From positions 16,375-80,374 of IMG/VR virus record IMGVR_UViG_3300046167_000032: 64,000 nucleotides of DNA, one strand, 5' to 3'. The notes beneath the pieces were generated by a model. It was not told where the DNA came from and did no database searches. It was given only the letters and a program-made list of their open reading frames with translations. Positions 38,403-47,443 of the stretch are shown one piece after another. The translations under genes were made by a program, and so were the position numbers. The number at the start of each line of letters is the position of its first letter. The first letter of the stretch is position 1. The stretch is from a virus.

Positions 38403-38883
38403 ACATCTTTCTGATTACATCGTTTTGATCTCGTTCGATCTCATCTTTAACTGCTTCCATATCCCATGCTAGTCTAGCTTGATCACCAACTAATCCATCT
38501 TTAGGGCATGGTGTACCTGCATTCATCATAGCATCAAACACTCTTTCGTCTTGACACATTACTGATACTGCGGCTACCTTCATGCCCATGTCATACATAG
38601 TCTTAGCATTCTTGAGCTTCTCACAGTTCATGTCACGTACTGTACGACCTGCTGAGATACCTAGTATCTGTGTCTGTACTGCCCCTGCTACACCTACAGT
38701 ACATAAGTCAGAGTTACTTGCACTTATCTGTGGAGATATAGCCGATGGTGGTGGGCTATTGATTGTAGTATCCATAGAACCATTTGAAGTTATAGTACTA
38801 TTAGTGTCAGTCTTTATAACATCATCATCGGCATGTGCAATACTACCGATTAGTAGGGTAAATAGTATAAGTAAGAGTTTCAT
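38329..38883 (-). CDS. Secreted Cys-containing protein with C-terminal TM anchor (exported module)
   Basis: Signal peptide ending AHA; PPPSAISP, four Cys; C-terminal IGLGVIFSTLAFLLLL. Confidence 0.8.
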   Translation of the reverse strand: MKLLLILFTLLIGSIAHADDDVIKTDTNSTITSNGSMDTTINSPPPSAISPQISASNSDLCTVGVAGAVQTQILGISAGRTVRDMNCEKLKNAKTMYDMGMKVAAVSVMCQDERVFDAMMNAGTPCPKDGLVGDQARLAWDMEAVKDEIERDQNDVIRKMFDENSETKIGLGVIFSTLAFLLLL

Positions 38884-39146
38884 TTATTATCTTGTTCTGC
38901 CATTCTCTCTACTAGGTTACGAATAGCTTTAATGTTTTCATCAATACGTCCTAGAGAGACAGCTTGCATTTGTACTGTCTTCTCTAGTGTATTTATACGA
39001 GTTTCTTGGCGAACTAAATCACGAGCATTATTTTTGACGGAAGAGTCTAATGAAGACACATACCATACAAGTGATATAGTTTGTAGTACGATAGCTACGA
39101 TTAACGTAACTGGTACTGACTTAGAAAGATGCCAACTCTCAGTCAT
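38880..39146 (-). CDS. Single-TM coiled-coil protein
   Basis: TM VTLIVAIVLQTISLVWYV plus coiled coil. Confidence 0.75.
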   Translation of the reverse strand: MTESWHLSKSVPVTLIVAIVLQTISLVWYVSSLDSSVKNNARDLVRQETRINTLEKTVQMQAVSLGRIDENIKAIRNLVERMAEQDNK

Positions 39147-39159
39147 GGTTTAGTATTCC

Positions 39160-39387
39160 TTATTCTGGTTTAGTAGGCCATGTTATATTATTTGGGAAGC
39201 CATCTTGATCTGTAACGTCCAAAAGAGCTTGGCGATAATTTTTCCATGCAGTCTTCTGTTCATCAGATTTTGCTTCCCATTCAATAAATCTGCTAGGCAT
39301 TGGGTCAACTTCAGTTTCTAAAAGTTGATCTCTTATTAACCTAACGGCGCTTTCCATTTGCTCTACTGAGTGTTCTTCACTAGACAT
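39160..39387 (-). CDS. Tail fibre assembly chaperone
   Basis: R..RD.LL.E.D...W.NYRQALLDV..Q.GFP.NI.WP.KP. Confidence 0.85.
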   Translation of the reverse strand: MSSEEHSVEQMESAVRLIRDQLLETEVDPMPSRFIEWEAKSDEQKTAWKNYRQALLDVTDQDGFPNNITWPTKPE

Positions 39388-39406
39388 TTTTAATACCTTT
39401 TTTTAA

Positions 39407-41344
39407 TTAAAGTGGGATTATAGCTAATTGCATTGAGGAATCATACCATTGAAGATAGCCTTGGTTTTGAGTTTCATGTTCCCCAGCCGTAACTCTAATT
39501 TTCTGACCTGAAGAAAGATATGCACTACTCCAACTGCCAAACGGATTACTGATACTGCCTGTACTTGAGCTAGGAGAACCGCCATAAAACGGATTTGTGC
39601 TATTAACGACATTACCATTAACATATACTCTATATGAGTAGCCATAATAACCACCTGTTGAAGTATAATACCTATATTTTAGTAGGGCACTTATCGCAAA
39701 TACAAGACAATCAGAAGTTGCAGTATATTCCAGCAAATACTGACCAGCATTGTATTTTTCTAAAGCACCCTTGTCGTCATTATATGCCGCATTATTACCA
39801 GAAGTTATTGTAACAACGCTCGCTCCACCAGCAGGGTCTGTCCATTGAGCAGTACCAGCAGATGCGTATGTAAGCAGTTGGTTTGCAGAACCGCCACTAG
39901 GGATGTGATTGTTACCATTACCTGTTGGGTGTGTGTAGTTATTAGCACTTGTTGCTATGCCATCAAGCTTAGAACCATCTGATGCTACATCACGTCCGTC
40001 TACTGTACCTGATACAGCTATATTGCCTGTTACGTCAACTCCGCTTGATGTTGTTTCAATTTTCTTTGAATTGTCGTAACGTAGATTTACAGCACCATCC
40101 TTACTAGCACCTATATAAACTTCACCTGATGAACTACCAATCTCAACATAATTATCATCTTGTATATACATATTACCAGTAGTATTAGTAACAAATGTAT
40201 GTGAACCATTGTGATAAATCTGTAGGTCATCAGCATTACCAAATCTAGCTTTCTCATTATCTCCAAAGCTAATTGAGTGACCATTGACATCTAAAGCTCC
40301 ACCTAGTTGTGGTGTAGTGTCACTCACAATGTCTGTGCTTAGATTATCAAATGATGTTTTAAACGCTGCTATGTCTACACCATCTACTGTACCTGATACT
40401 GCAACGTTGCCTGTTACTGATATGCCTGTTGATGTTGTGGCTAGTTTAAGGTTGTTGTCGTAGTAAAGTTTTACTGCGCCATCTTTTATAAACTCAGACA
40501 TTTTTCCGTTTGCGCCGCTACCATCACTTACTAACTGTATCATTGAACCGTTAGTATCTATAGATAGTATGCCATCCCCCACATCTTCTATGTATGAGTT
40601 ATTACCGTCATGGTATATTCTAAAATCAGACCCAGCACCGAATATGGCTTTGTCGTTGTCACCGAATGACAAGTCACCTGTCATTGTGCCACCAGCTTTT
40701 GGTAACTTGGTAGCCAATGCTGTTGTGAGTGTAGAATTATAGTTAGCATCATCATTGATAGCCGCAGCTAACTCATTCAAATCATTGAGTGTGCTTGGTG
40801 CGCCACCTATAAGTGTTGTAATCTTATCTGTAACGTAAGCTGTTGTAGCTACCTTAGTACTATCATCAGACTCAGCTTGTGTTGTTGCTGTAGTAGTAGA
40901 TGATAGAGAACCGCTAAGTGTACCACTGATAGTACCTGTAGCTGTTATGTTACGGAAACCTGTTATATCTTTGTTTGTATTGACTACGACAGCTTTAGAT
41001 GCTGATACTGTACCTGCAGTAATACCATCAATGCTCTCTAAGTCATTCTCATTAATATCAGCACTACCTATTACAAAGCTACCGCCTGAGATAGCACCTG
41101 TAGTTGTTATAGTAGATGAGCCGTTGTCTATATTACCAAAGCCTGACGTTATGCTACCACTATTCAATGAACCTGTAGAGGTGATGTTAGTTGTAGTGAT
41201 ACCATCGACGTATGCTTTGATAGACTGCTGACTAGCAATACCAGTAGCAGAGTCACTAGCAAGATTATCCTCATCAAGGAAGCTCTTACCATCTAAGATG
41301 TTTATCTCTTGAGCACTATCTGCTAAGTCTCTTGCCTTACTCAT
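39407..41344 (-). CDS. Tail fibre protein
   Basis: MSKARDLA start; LNELAAAINDD, GGTMTG, DLQIYHNG fibre modules. Confidence 0.85.
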   Translation of the reverse strand: MSKARDLADSAQEINILDGKSFLDEDNLASDSATGIASQQSIKAYVDGITTTNITSTGSLNSGSITSGFGNIDNGSSTITTTGAISGGSFVIGSADINENDLESIDGITAGTVSASKAVVVNTNKDITGFRNITATGTISGTLSGSLSSTTTATTQAESDDSTKVATTAYVTDKITTLIGGAPSTLNDLNELAAAINDDANYNSTLTTALATKLPKAGGTMTGDLSFGDNDKAIFGAGSDFRIYHDGNNSYIEDVGDGILSIDTNGSMIQLVSDGSGANGKMSEFIKDGAVKLYYDNNLKLATTSTGISVTGNVAVSGTVDGVDIAAFKTSFDNLSTDIVSDTTPQLGGALDVNGHSISFGDNEKARFGNADDLQIYHNGSHTFVTNTTGNMYIQDDNYVEIGSSSGEVYIGASKDGAVNLRYDNSKKIETTSSGVDVTGNIAVSGTVDGRDVASDGSKLDGIATSANNYTHPTGNGNNHIPSGGSANQLLTYASAGTAQWTDPAGGASVVTITSGNNAAYNDDKGALEKYNAGQYLLEYTATSDCLVFAISALLKYRYYTSTGGYYGYSYRVYVNGNVVNSTNPFYGGSPSSSTGSISNPFGSWSSAYLSSGQKIRVTAGEHETQNQGYLQWYDSSMQLAIIPL

Positions 41345-41363
41345 GTTTGATCTCCTATGTAAA

Positions 41364-41672
41364 TCATTCTTCTACTAACATCCAAGATGTAATATCTTCA
41401 TTCCAAATATATTTGTTTTCTATATCAGGTATTTCTACTGGTGCATTCCATTGACAAGTAGTTTCGTTTAATACCCATGAAGGGTATGGTTTTGGGTGTA
41501 TAAAAGCGTCTCTAGTGCTATCGTAAGTACCACCTACACTAGCATAATTTTTTCTTATGTTGCTATTGTATGAGGTTTGTACCCACGTACCTTCAAGCTC
41601 ACTAATATAATCTTCATCAGCAACAATTACCTCTACAACTGTGCCTTCTATAATCTTTGCGTAATGTGCCAT
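41364..41672 (-). CDS. Tail-associated hypothetical protein
   Basis: MAHYAKI...WVQTSYN...RKNYA..G..YD...DAFI.PKPYPSW; between fibre genes. Confidence 0.7.
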   Translation of the reverse strand: MAHYAKIIEGTVVEVIVADEDYISELEGTWVQTSYNSNIRKNYASVGGTYDSTRDAFIHPKPYPSWVLNETTCQWNAPVEIPDIENKYIWNEDITSWMLVEE

Positions 41673-41685
41673 ATTTTATTTACCT

Positions 41686-42657
41686 TTAAGAGATAGCGTA
41701 TCTAACAATAACAATTCCAGAACCGCCACCGCCACCATATCTAGTGCCATCGTAACCAAGAGATCGGCCACCACCGCCACCTCCACCTGTGTTAGCAGAA
41801 GCTGAAGGGGCATAGGGTTGGCTTCCACTAGCACCATTTGCACCGCCACCAGACCCACCAGAACCACCTGAGTAATCCCAAGCACCACCACCTCCGCCAC
41901 CAGCGTAGTAAGTTCCATTTAGCCACTGAGAACCATTACCTCCAGCAGTACCATTAGAGCTACCATAACCTGTTTGATTAGTCCCAGATTGACTTGCGCC
42001 TCCACCGCCAGCACCAGCAGAATAATAGCTGTTAGTTCTATTACCTCCACTATTACCTTGACCTGAAGTTCCTGAACCACCTGATTTATTATCTGGCCCA
42101 CCTGATGCTCCACCACCAGAACCCCCAGAGTTACCATTATAGCCTTCACCACCACCGCCACCGCCGCCAGTTGAGGTCAAACCAAAGCCAGAACTGTTAG
42201 AACCATTGCTACCTGATGATAAATAACCACCGCCGTTACCGCCAGCACCTATAGTAATACTATATCCTTGAGCAGAAGAGTTAGCAGAACCTGTCCTGTA
42301 CCCTCCAGCACCACCACCGCCGCCGTGGGCTGTACCACCGCCTCCACCACCAGCTACTACAAGATACTGTAAAGTGTTTGAACCTGCGGCATTTCCAATA
42401 GAGCTGACAGTAAATGTACCTGACGAAGTAAAGACATGATATTTATAACCACCAGAAGTAGATGTTGTACCACCAGAGGCTGAAATATACTGTGCATTAG
42501 CCTTACCATGACCTTGAGACATAGCAATTTGACCATCAGCATCATCAAATAGAGTTCTTACAGCACTGTCATTCATGGTGATTTGTGCTGTACCACTTAG
42601 GCCAAGCTCTACATTTACGTCATTTAAAGATATCTGTCCGCTAGATGGTAACGTCAT
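41686..42657 (-). CDS. Glycine-rich tail fibre/adhesin
   Basis: YHVFTSSGTF, YLVVAGGGGGG, GGSGIVIVRY polyglycine domain. Confidence 0.85.
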   Translation of the reverse strand: MTLPSSGQISLNDVNVELGLSGTAQITMNDSAVRTLFDDADGQIAMSQGHGKANAQYISASGGTTSTSGGYKYHVFTSSGTFTVSSIGNAAGSNTLQYLVVAGGGGGGTAHGGGGGAGGYRTGSANSSAQGYSITIGAGGNGGGYLSSGSNGSNSSGFGLTSTGGGGGGGEGYNGNSGGSGGGASGGPDNKSGGSGTSGQGNSGGNRTNSYYSAGAGGGGASQSGTNQTGYGSSNGTAGGNGSQWLNGTYYAGGGGGGAWDYSGGSGGSGGGANGASGSQPYAPSASANTGGGGGGGRSLGYDGTRYGGGGGSGIVIVRYAIS

Positions 42658-42660
42658 GTG

Positions 42661-45600
42661 TTATCTCGCCTTTAGTTCTTCGATTTCAGCTTTAAGTTCT
42701 TTGATTGCTTCAATCATTAATCCATGAAGTTGATCATACTGCACTGTCTTGTATTCAGTCTCATCATCTTCACCCATCTTGAGAGGTAATGTACTTTCAG
42801 TAATTGCACTTGGCATTACCTTCTCGACTTCTTGGGCGATAACACCAGCAGACTTTTTGCCATCGGCTAGGTATTCAAATGTGTAACCATTTAGCTGTGA
42901 TACTTTATCTAAGGCATTGTCTATCTTCACGATGTCTTTCTTTAGACGCTCATCAGAGACTGTTGTAGAATAAGCAACAACGTTACCTTCAACGTGTAGG
43001 TCGCCATCATTCTCAAGGCGCATGTCTTCTGCACCATCTAAATACCACTTGTGAGTTGTCGTTCCAACAAGGTAGTAATCGTTAGTGTCACGACCCATGT
43101 AGAAAATCTCACCACGACAGTCGCCGCCGTTGATTGTGCCTGTTACTGTGACACCGCTTGATGTTGTTTCAAATTTCTTGGAGTTGTTGTGGTATAGCTC
43201 TACTGCTCCATTCGGTATAGCTTTAATCATATTTTCGGATGCAGTTTTAATCTGGATTGGGTGGTCATTTACAGCAACAATCTGATTGAAGCCGCCAGCA
43301 TCATGGTAAATCTTTAAATCATGTGAGTTACCAACTCTTAATTCTTTGTTATCTGCTAATTCAATGTGAGAACCAAATGTAGCAATCCCACCTTCAGACA
43401 TATCAAGTGTGAGGGCTGTAATACCAGAACCGCCATCATTGCCTTTAAATACAATGTCTCCGTCTTGTTCCCCAGACCTTAACACAAAATTACTAGAAGC
43501 CTTTTCAACTACTCCGTAAATAGTTCCAGCGTCTTGAAAATAAACTGTACCACTATTATCAGCATCAAGTTTTATAACTCCTGCAACATCTAAGGTTAGG
43601 TCGCCGTTATCTGCAAAAATCCTACCGTTTGTTCCATCGCTGTTTATGGATAAATCTGCCCCTGCTCCCATCTTGACATAAGCGCCATCAGGAAAAGTTG
43701 CATCGTGATTAAAGATTGCTGTACCAGCATCAGACATATCAAGACGAAGGGCTTCTCTCTCTACGCCACCATCATTACCTCTAAAAATAATGTCTTTGTC
43801 TTCGATTATAGATTTAAAAACTGCATCTTCACCATTCCTTCTAATACTTGCAAAGTGTAATCCACCATCCTTAAAAATGATATCAGCACCATCCGCATCA
43901 AGAATAATCTCCCCTGCGGAATCTAGTGTTAGGTCGCCAGATGGACTAGCTATAGAGCCATCTAAGTAGAAGTCTTTAAAACGGCGGCTTGTACTCCCTA
44001 GATCAACAGTATTATTTGATGTAGTACCATAATTGTTAGTTGGTATGACACTGCCAGATGCGAAAGACAAACCAACATGATTTGTAGTTGATGAATATAT
44101 TACAAGGTCATCAGATTTAGTCCCAATATTACCTACAGTTGTGCTGTCTTTGCGGAAGTTGAGTATGTCGCCATCAGAGTTTAGCCTTCCAAAATATCCT
44201 GATGTCTGACCATCAGCCACAGCGGCTATTGCATCAAGGTCTGACCTAAGTTTTATACCTTGACTTACTGTTGCTTGGCTAGTAGTACCCACCAACAAGT
44301 TGCCTGATGAGTCTATACGCATTGTCTCCCCCGACCCACCAACATTTGTAAAAACAAGAGGTGCGGCAGAAGATGATGAGGTAGCAGTTCCACTTTGAAT
44401 ATAATTTACGCCGCCTGTGCTAACAAGCCGCATGGCAGAGTTACTGCTGGAAATATACTGCTCACCAGCGGTTGAGTTATAAACGTGCAAACCCCCACTA
44501 GGCGAACTCGTCCCAATACCAACTCGGCCTGACGAATCTAATGTCATAGCAGTGCTTGATGCATTATCATCAATACCTGTAGATTCAAAACCTGCAATAG
44601 TACCAGTCATAGTACCACCAGCTAGTGGTAGTTTAGTAGCAATAGAGTTTGTTATAGTAGTACTAAATGATGCATCATCGTTTAAAGCTGCGGCTAACTC
44701 ATTAAGTGTATTAAGAGAACCCGGTGAGCTATCTACAAGGTTAGCAATAGCTGTGTCTGTATAAGCTTTGATAGACTGTTGTGTGGCTAGTGCTGTTGCA
44801 CTGTTAGATGCCATATTATCTTCATCAAGTATGTTTGTAATAGACACAGAGCCTGTACCAGATAAACTATCAAACTCAACCGATCCACCAACGTCTAAGT
44901 TACCTGTCATAGTACCGCCAGATAAGTTTAGTTTTTCTGTATCATTAGCTAATGGAATCCAGTTACCTGCATGTGCGAAGTAACCTTTACCTGTTGCATG
45001 AACGTGAGCAAACATACCGTGATAAGTTGATGCACTTGGTAAGTCTGATAATTGAGAATATACGTTACCGAATAGAACTTTATTGCCGTTACCATCAATG
45101 TCACCTGTCATAGTGCCACCAGCTAGACCTAAGAACCTAGCATCAGATGCTGTCTTACTATAGTGATCTGCAAGTTGGAATGTACCGTAACCTACGATGT
45201 CAATAATATCACCAGCAGTAGCACCTGCACTTAGTACTACAGTAGAACCGCTTGTAGCTGTTACGTCTGTACCGACTAAAAGTTTTACACCATTAAGATA
45301 TACATCTACGTAGCCTACATCATATGTTGCAGAGAATGTAGTCTGTCCTGATGTAGCAGTATATGTGTTACGACCAGATGTACCATTAACTGATGAACCT
45401 GCCGCTTGCCAACCACCTGATCCACTACGAACAAACATAATGTTACTTGTAGTGTTAAAATACAATGCACCTGCTATTAAAGCGTCACCATCATTGTCTA
45501 CTGAAGGAGCAGATGATTTAGCACCTAAGTATCTGTCGTCAAAGTCATCATAAGAATTAGCGGCATTAGTAGCACTGGTAGCCGCAGCTGTTGCTGAGTT

Positions 45601-47439
45601 AGCTGAGTTTGTAGCTGATGTTGCCGCTTGAGTAGCTGAAGTAGCCGCTTGAGTAGCACTTGCCGCCGCCGCTGTATTAGAACCTGCGATACTATCAACA
45701 TACAGTTTTGTTGCCGCATCAGTATTAACAGTAGGTGTACCTAATCCAGTAATCTTATTGCCACCCATAGCTATAGCAGATGCCATAGTACCACCTGATT
45801 TTAGTAAGGCAGTTGTGTCAACGTAGTTCTTAGTAGCACCATCTTGATTAGCAGTAGGATCACCTAGTCCAGTTATCTTACTTGTACCCATAGCTATAGC
45901 ACCAGACATAGTGCCACCTGATAAGTTTAACTTAGTAGCATCTTGTGCATCTACATAACCTTTACGAGATAGCTCATCATTTGTTGCAGGGTTAGCTGTA
46001 GATGTTACAGCGTTAGTACCCATTACAATGTCACCTGTTAGTGTTCCACCAGCTAGAGGTAACTTAGTAGCTATAGAATTAGTAATAGTAGTTGAGAAGT
46101 TTGCATCGTCATTGATTGCCGCAGCTAACTCGTTAAGAGTATTTAGGGCATCAGGAGATGAGTCAACTAAAGCAGACACCTCAGTGTCTACATATCCCTT
46201 AGTAGCGGCATCTGTTGAAGCACTTGGAGCACCTAAGCCTGTTACTTTACTACCGCCCATAGCAATAGCACCTGACATAGTTCCACCAGACAAGTTAAGC
46301 TTTAGTGCATCTGCAGTATCTACATAGTTCTTTGTAGCCGCATCTTGAGCACTGGTTGGATCAGTAACATTAGCAATAGTTGTACCTGTAACATCTAGTG
46401 TACCGTTTACAGTTACATTGTTAAATGTAGATAAACCTGACCCTGCAGTTACATTACCCGTCACATTGCCTGTAAGATTACCAGTAACGTTACCTGTGAT
46501 ATTGCCTATTACGTTACCTGTAAGTGGGCCTACAAGACTTGAACCTGTAATTGTTGTACCTGTGATTGCGGCTGTAGAAGAAGCACCAATAATAGTACCA
46601 TCAATATTACCACCGTTTATATCTACAGTAGCTAACGTAGCCTGACCAGATGTAGAGACTGTAGTAAAGCTACCAGCAACGGCTGTTGATGCACCTATAA
46701 CTGTATTGTCTATATTACCTGCATTAATGTCTACAGTAGTTAATGTTGATGTTCCTGTAGCTGTTAGGTCTGTCACAGTAGCAGGTGAAGCTGATGAAGC
46801 ACCAATAGTTGTACCATCAATAGAACCTGCATTAATATCTACAGTAGCAAGAGTAGAAGTACCTGTAGCACTTAGTGTAGTAAATGAACCAGCACCAGCA
46901 GTTGTACCACCTATAGTTACGTTATCTATAGCACCAGAGTTTATGTCTACAGAAGTAATAACACCTGTAGTTATATTAGCTGTGCTTAGGGTAGTTGTTC
47001 CAGTAACACCTAATGTACTTCCTATAGTAAACGTACCTGCAACTGCACCATTAATATCTACATCTAGTGTATCTATGTGTGCTGTACCATCTAAGTATAA
47101 ATCTTTAAACTCTAAACCAGATGTACCTAAGTCTATATCATTAGTTATTACAGGTATAATAGCCCCATCAGAGAAGCGTATTTGTTCTACTGCGGCTGAA
47201 GATACCTCTACAAAGACACCTACTTGATTAGTAGCAGTGTTTATGACGACTTTGTTTAGTGCGTCAACATCACCGATAAGAGGAATGTAACCACCTTCTC
47301 CTGTTGAGCCATCGTGCTTGTGTCCACTTGATACAGCGAATGCATCACGGAGTTTGTTATACTCGGCGTTAATAGGCGCTGCACGAACTGTAGCTGTTGG
47401 TATTATGTCTGCTGAAGACTGTCTTACGTAACCTGCCAA
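42661..47439 (-). CDS. Long tail fibre with C-terminal S74 intramolecular chaperone (probable TTG start)
   Basis: INAGSIDGTTIG and DAATKNYVD repeats; SDERLKKDI...GVIAQEVE; AGGAG SD before 47439. Confidence 0.9.
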   Translation of the reverse strand: MAGYVRQSSADIIPTATVRAAPINAEYNKLRDAFAVSSGHKHDGSTGEGGYIPLIGDVDALNKVVINTATNQVGVFVEVSSAAVEQIRFSDGAIIPVITNDIDLGTSGLEFKDLYLDGTAHIDTLDVDINGAVAGTFTIGSTLGVTGTTTLSTANITTGVITSVDINSGAIDNVTIGGTTAGAGSFTTLSATGTSTLATVDINAGSIDGTTIGASSASPATVTDLTATGTSTLTTVDINAGNIDNTVIGASTAVAGSFTTVSTSGQATLATVDINGGNIDGTIIGASSTAAITGTTITGSSLVGPLTGNVIGNITGNVTGNLTGNVTGNVTAGSGLSTFNNVTVNGTLDVTGTTIANVTDPTSAQDAATKNYVDTADALKLNLSGGTMSGAIAMGGSKVTGLGAPSASTDAATKGYVDTEVSALVDSSPDALNTLNELAAAINDDANFSTTITNSIATKLPLAGGTLTGDIVMGTNAVTSTANPATNDELSRKGYVDAQDATKLNLSGGTMSGAIAMGTSKITGLGDPTANQDGATKNYVDTTALLKSGGTMASAIAMGGNKITGLGTPTVNTDAATKLYVDSIAGSNTAAAASATQAATSATQAATSATNSANSATAAATSATNAANSYDDFDDRYLGAKSSAPSVDNDGDALIAGALYFNTTSNIMFVRSGSGGWQAAGSSVNGTSGRNTYTATSGQTTFSATYDVGYVDVYLNGVKLLVGTDVTATSGSTVVLSAGATAGDIIDIVGYGTFQLADHYSKTASDARFLGLAGGTMTGDIDGNGNKVLFGNVYSQLSDLPSASTYHGMFAHVHATGKGYFAHAGNWIPLANDTEKLNLSGGTMTGNLDVGGSVEFDSLSGTGSVSITNILDEDNMASNSATALATQQSIKAYTDTAIANLVDSSPGSLNTLNELAAALNDDASFSTTITNSIATKLPLAGGTMTGTIAGFESTGIDDNASSTAMTLDSSGRVGIGTSSPSGGLHVYNSTAGEQYISSSNSAMRLVSTGGVNYIQSGTATSSSSAAPLVFTNVGGSGETMRIDSSGNLLVGTTSQATVSQGIKLRSDLDAIAAVADGQTSGYFGRLNSDGDILNFRKDSTTVGNIGTKSDDLVIYSSTTNHVGLSFASGSVIPTNNYGTTSNNTVDLGSTSRRFKDFYLDGSIASPSGDLTLDSAGEIILDADGADIIFKDGGLHFASIRRNGEDAVFKSIIEDKDIIFRGNDGGVEREALRLDMSDAGTAIFNHDATFPDGAYVKMGAGADLSINSDGTNGRIFADNGDLTLDVAGVIKLDADNSGTVYFQDAGTIYGVVEKASSNFVLRSGEQDGDIVFKGNDGGSGITALTLDMSEGGIATFGSHIELADNKELRVGNSHDLKIYHDAGGFNQIVAVNDHPIQIKTASENMIKAIPNGAVELYHNNSKKFETTSSGVTVTGTINGGDCRGEIFYMGRDTNDYYLVGTTTHKWYLDGAEDMRLENDGDLHVEGNVVAYSTTVSDERLKKDIVKIDNALDKVSQLNGYTFEYLADGKKSAGVIAQEVEKVMPSAITESTLPLKMGEDDETEYKTVQYDQLHGLMIEAIKELKAEIEELKAR

Positions 47440-47443
47440 AGTA

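Noticed and set aside
35744-39146. Calling the exported module a curli (csg) or complete chaperone-usher operon
   Set aside because: No CsgG-like lipoprotein, curlin repeats or usher-sized barrel seen; only pattern-level resemblance to pilin and chaperone.
44552-47227. Plus-strand ORFs antisense to tail fibre and other long genes
   Set aside because: Shadow ORFs caused by codon bias on the coding strand; no SD or motifs.
39407-47439. Diversity-generating retroelement or invertible shufflon acting on the fibres
   Set aside because: No reverse transcriptase, no adenine-specific TR/VR pair and no inverted cassettes seen.
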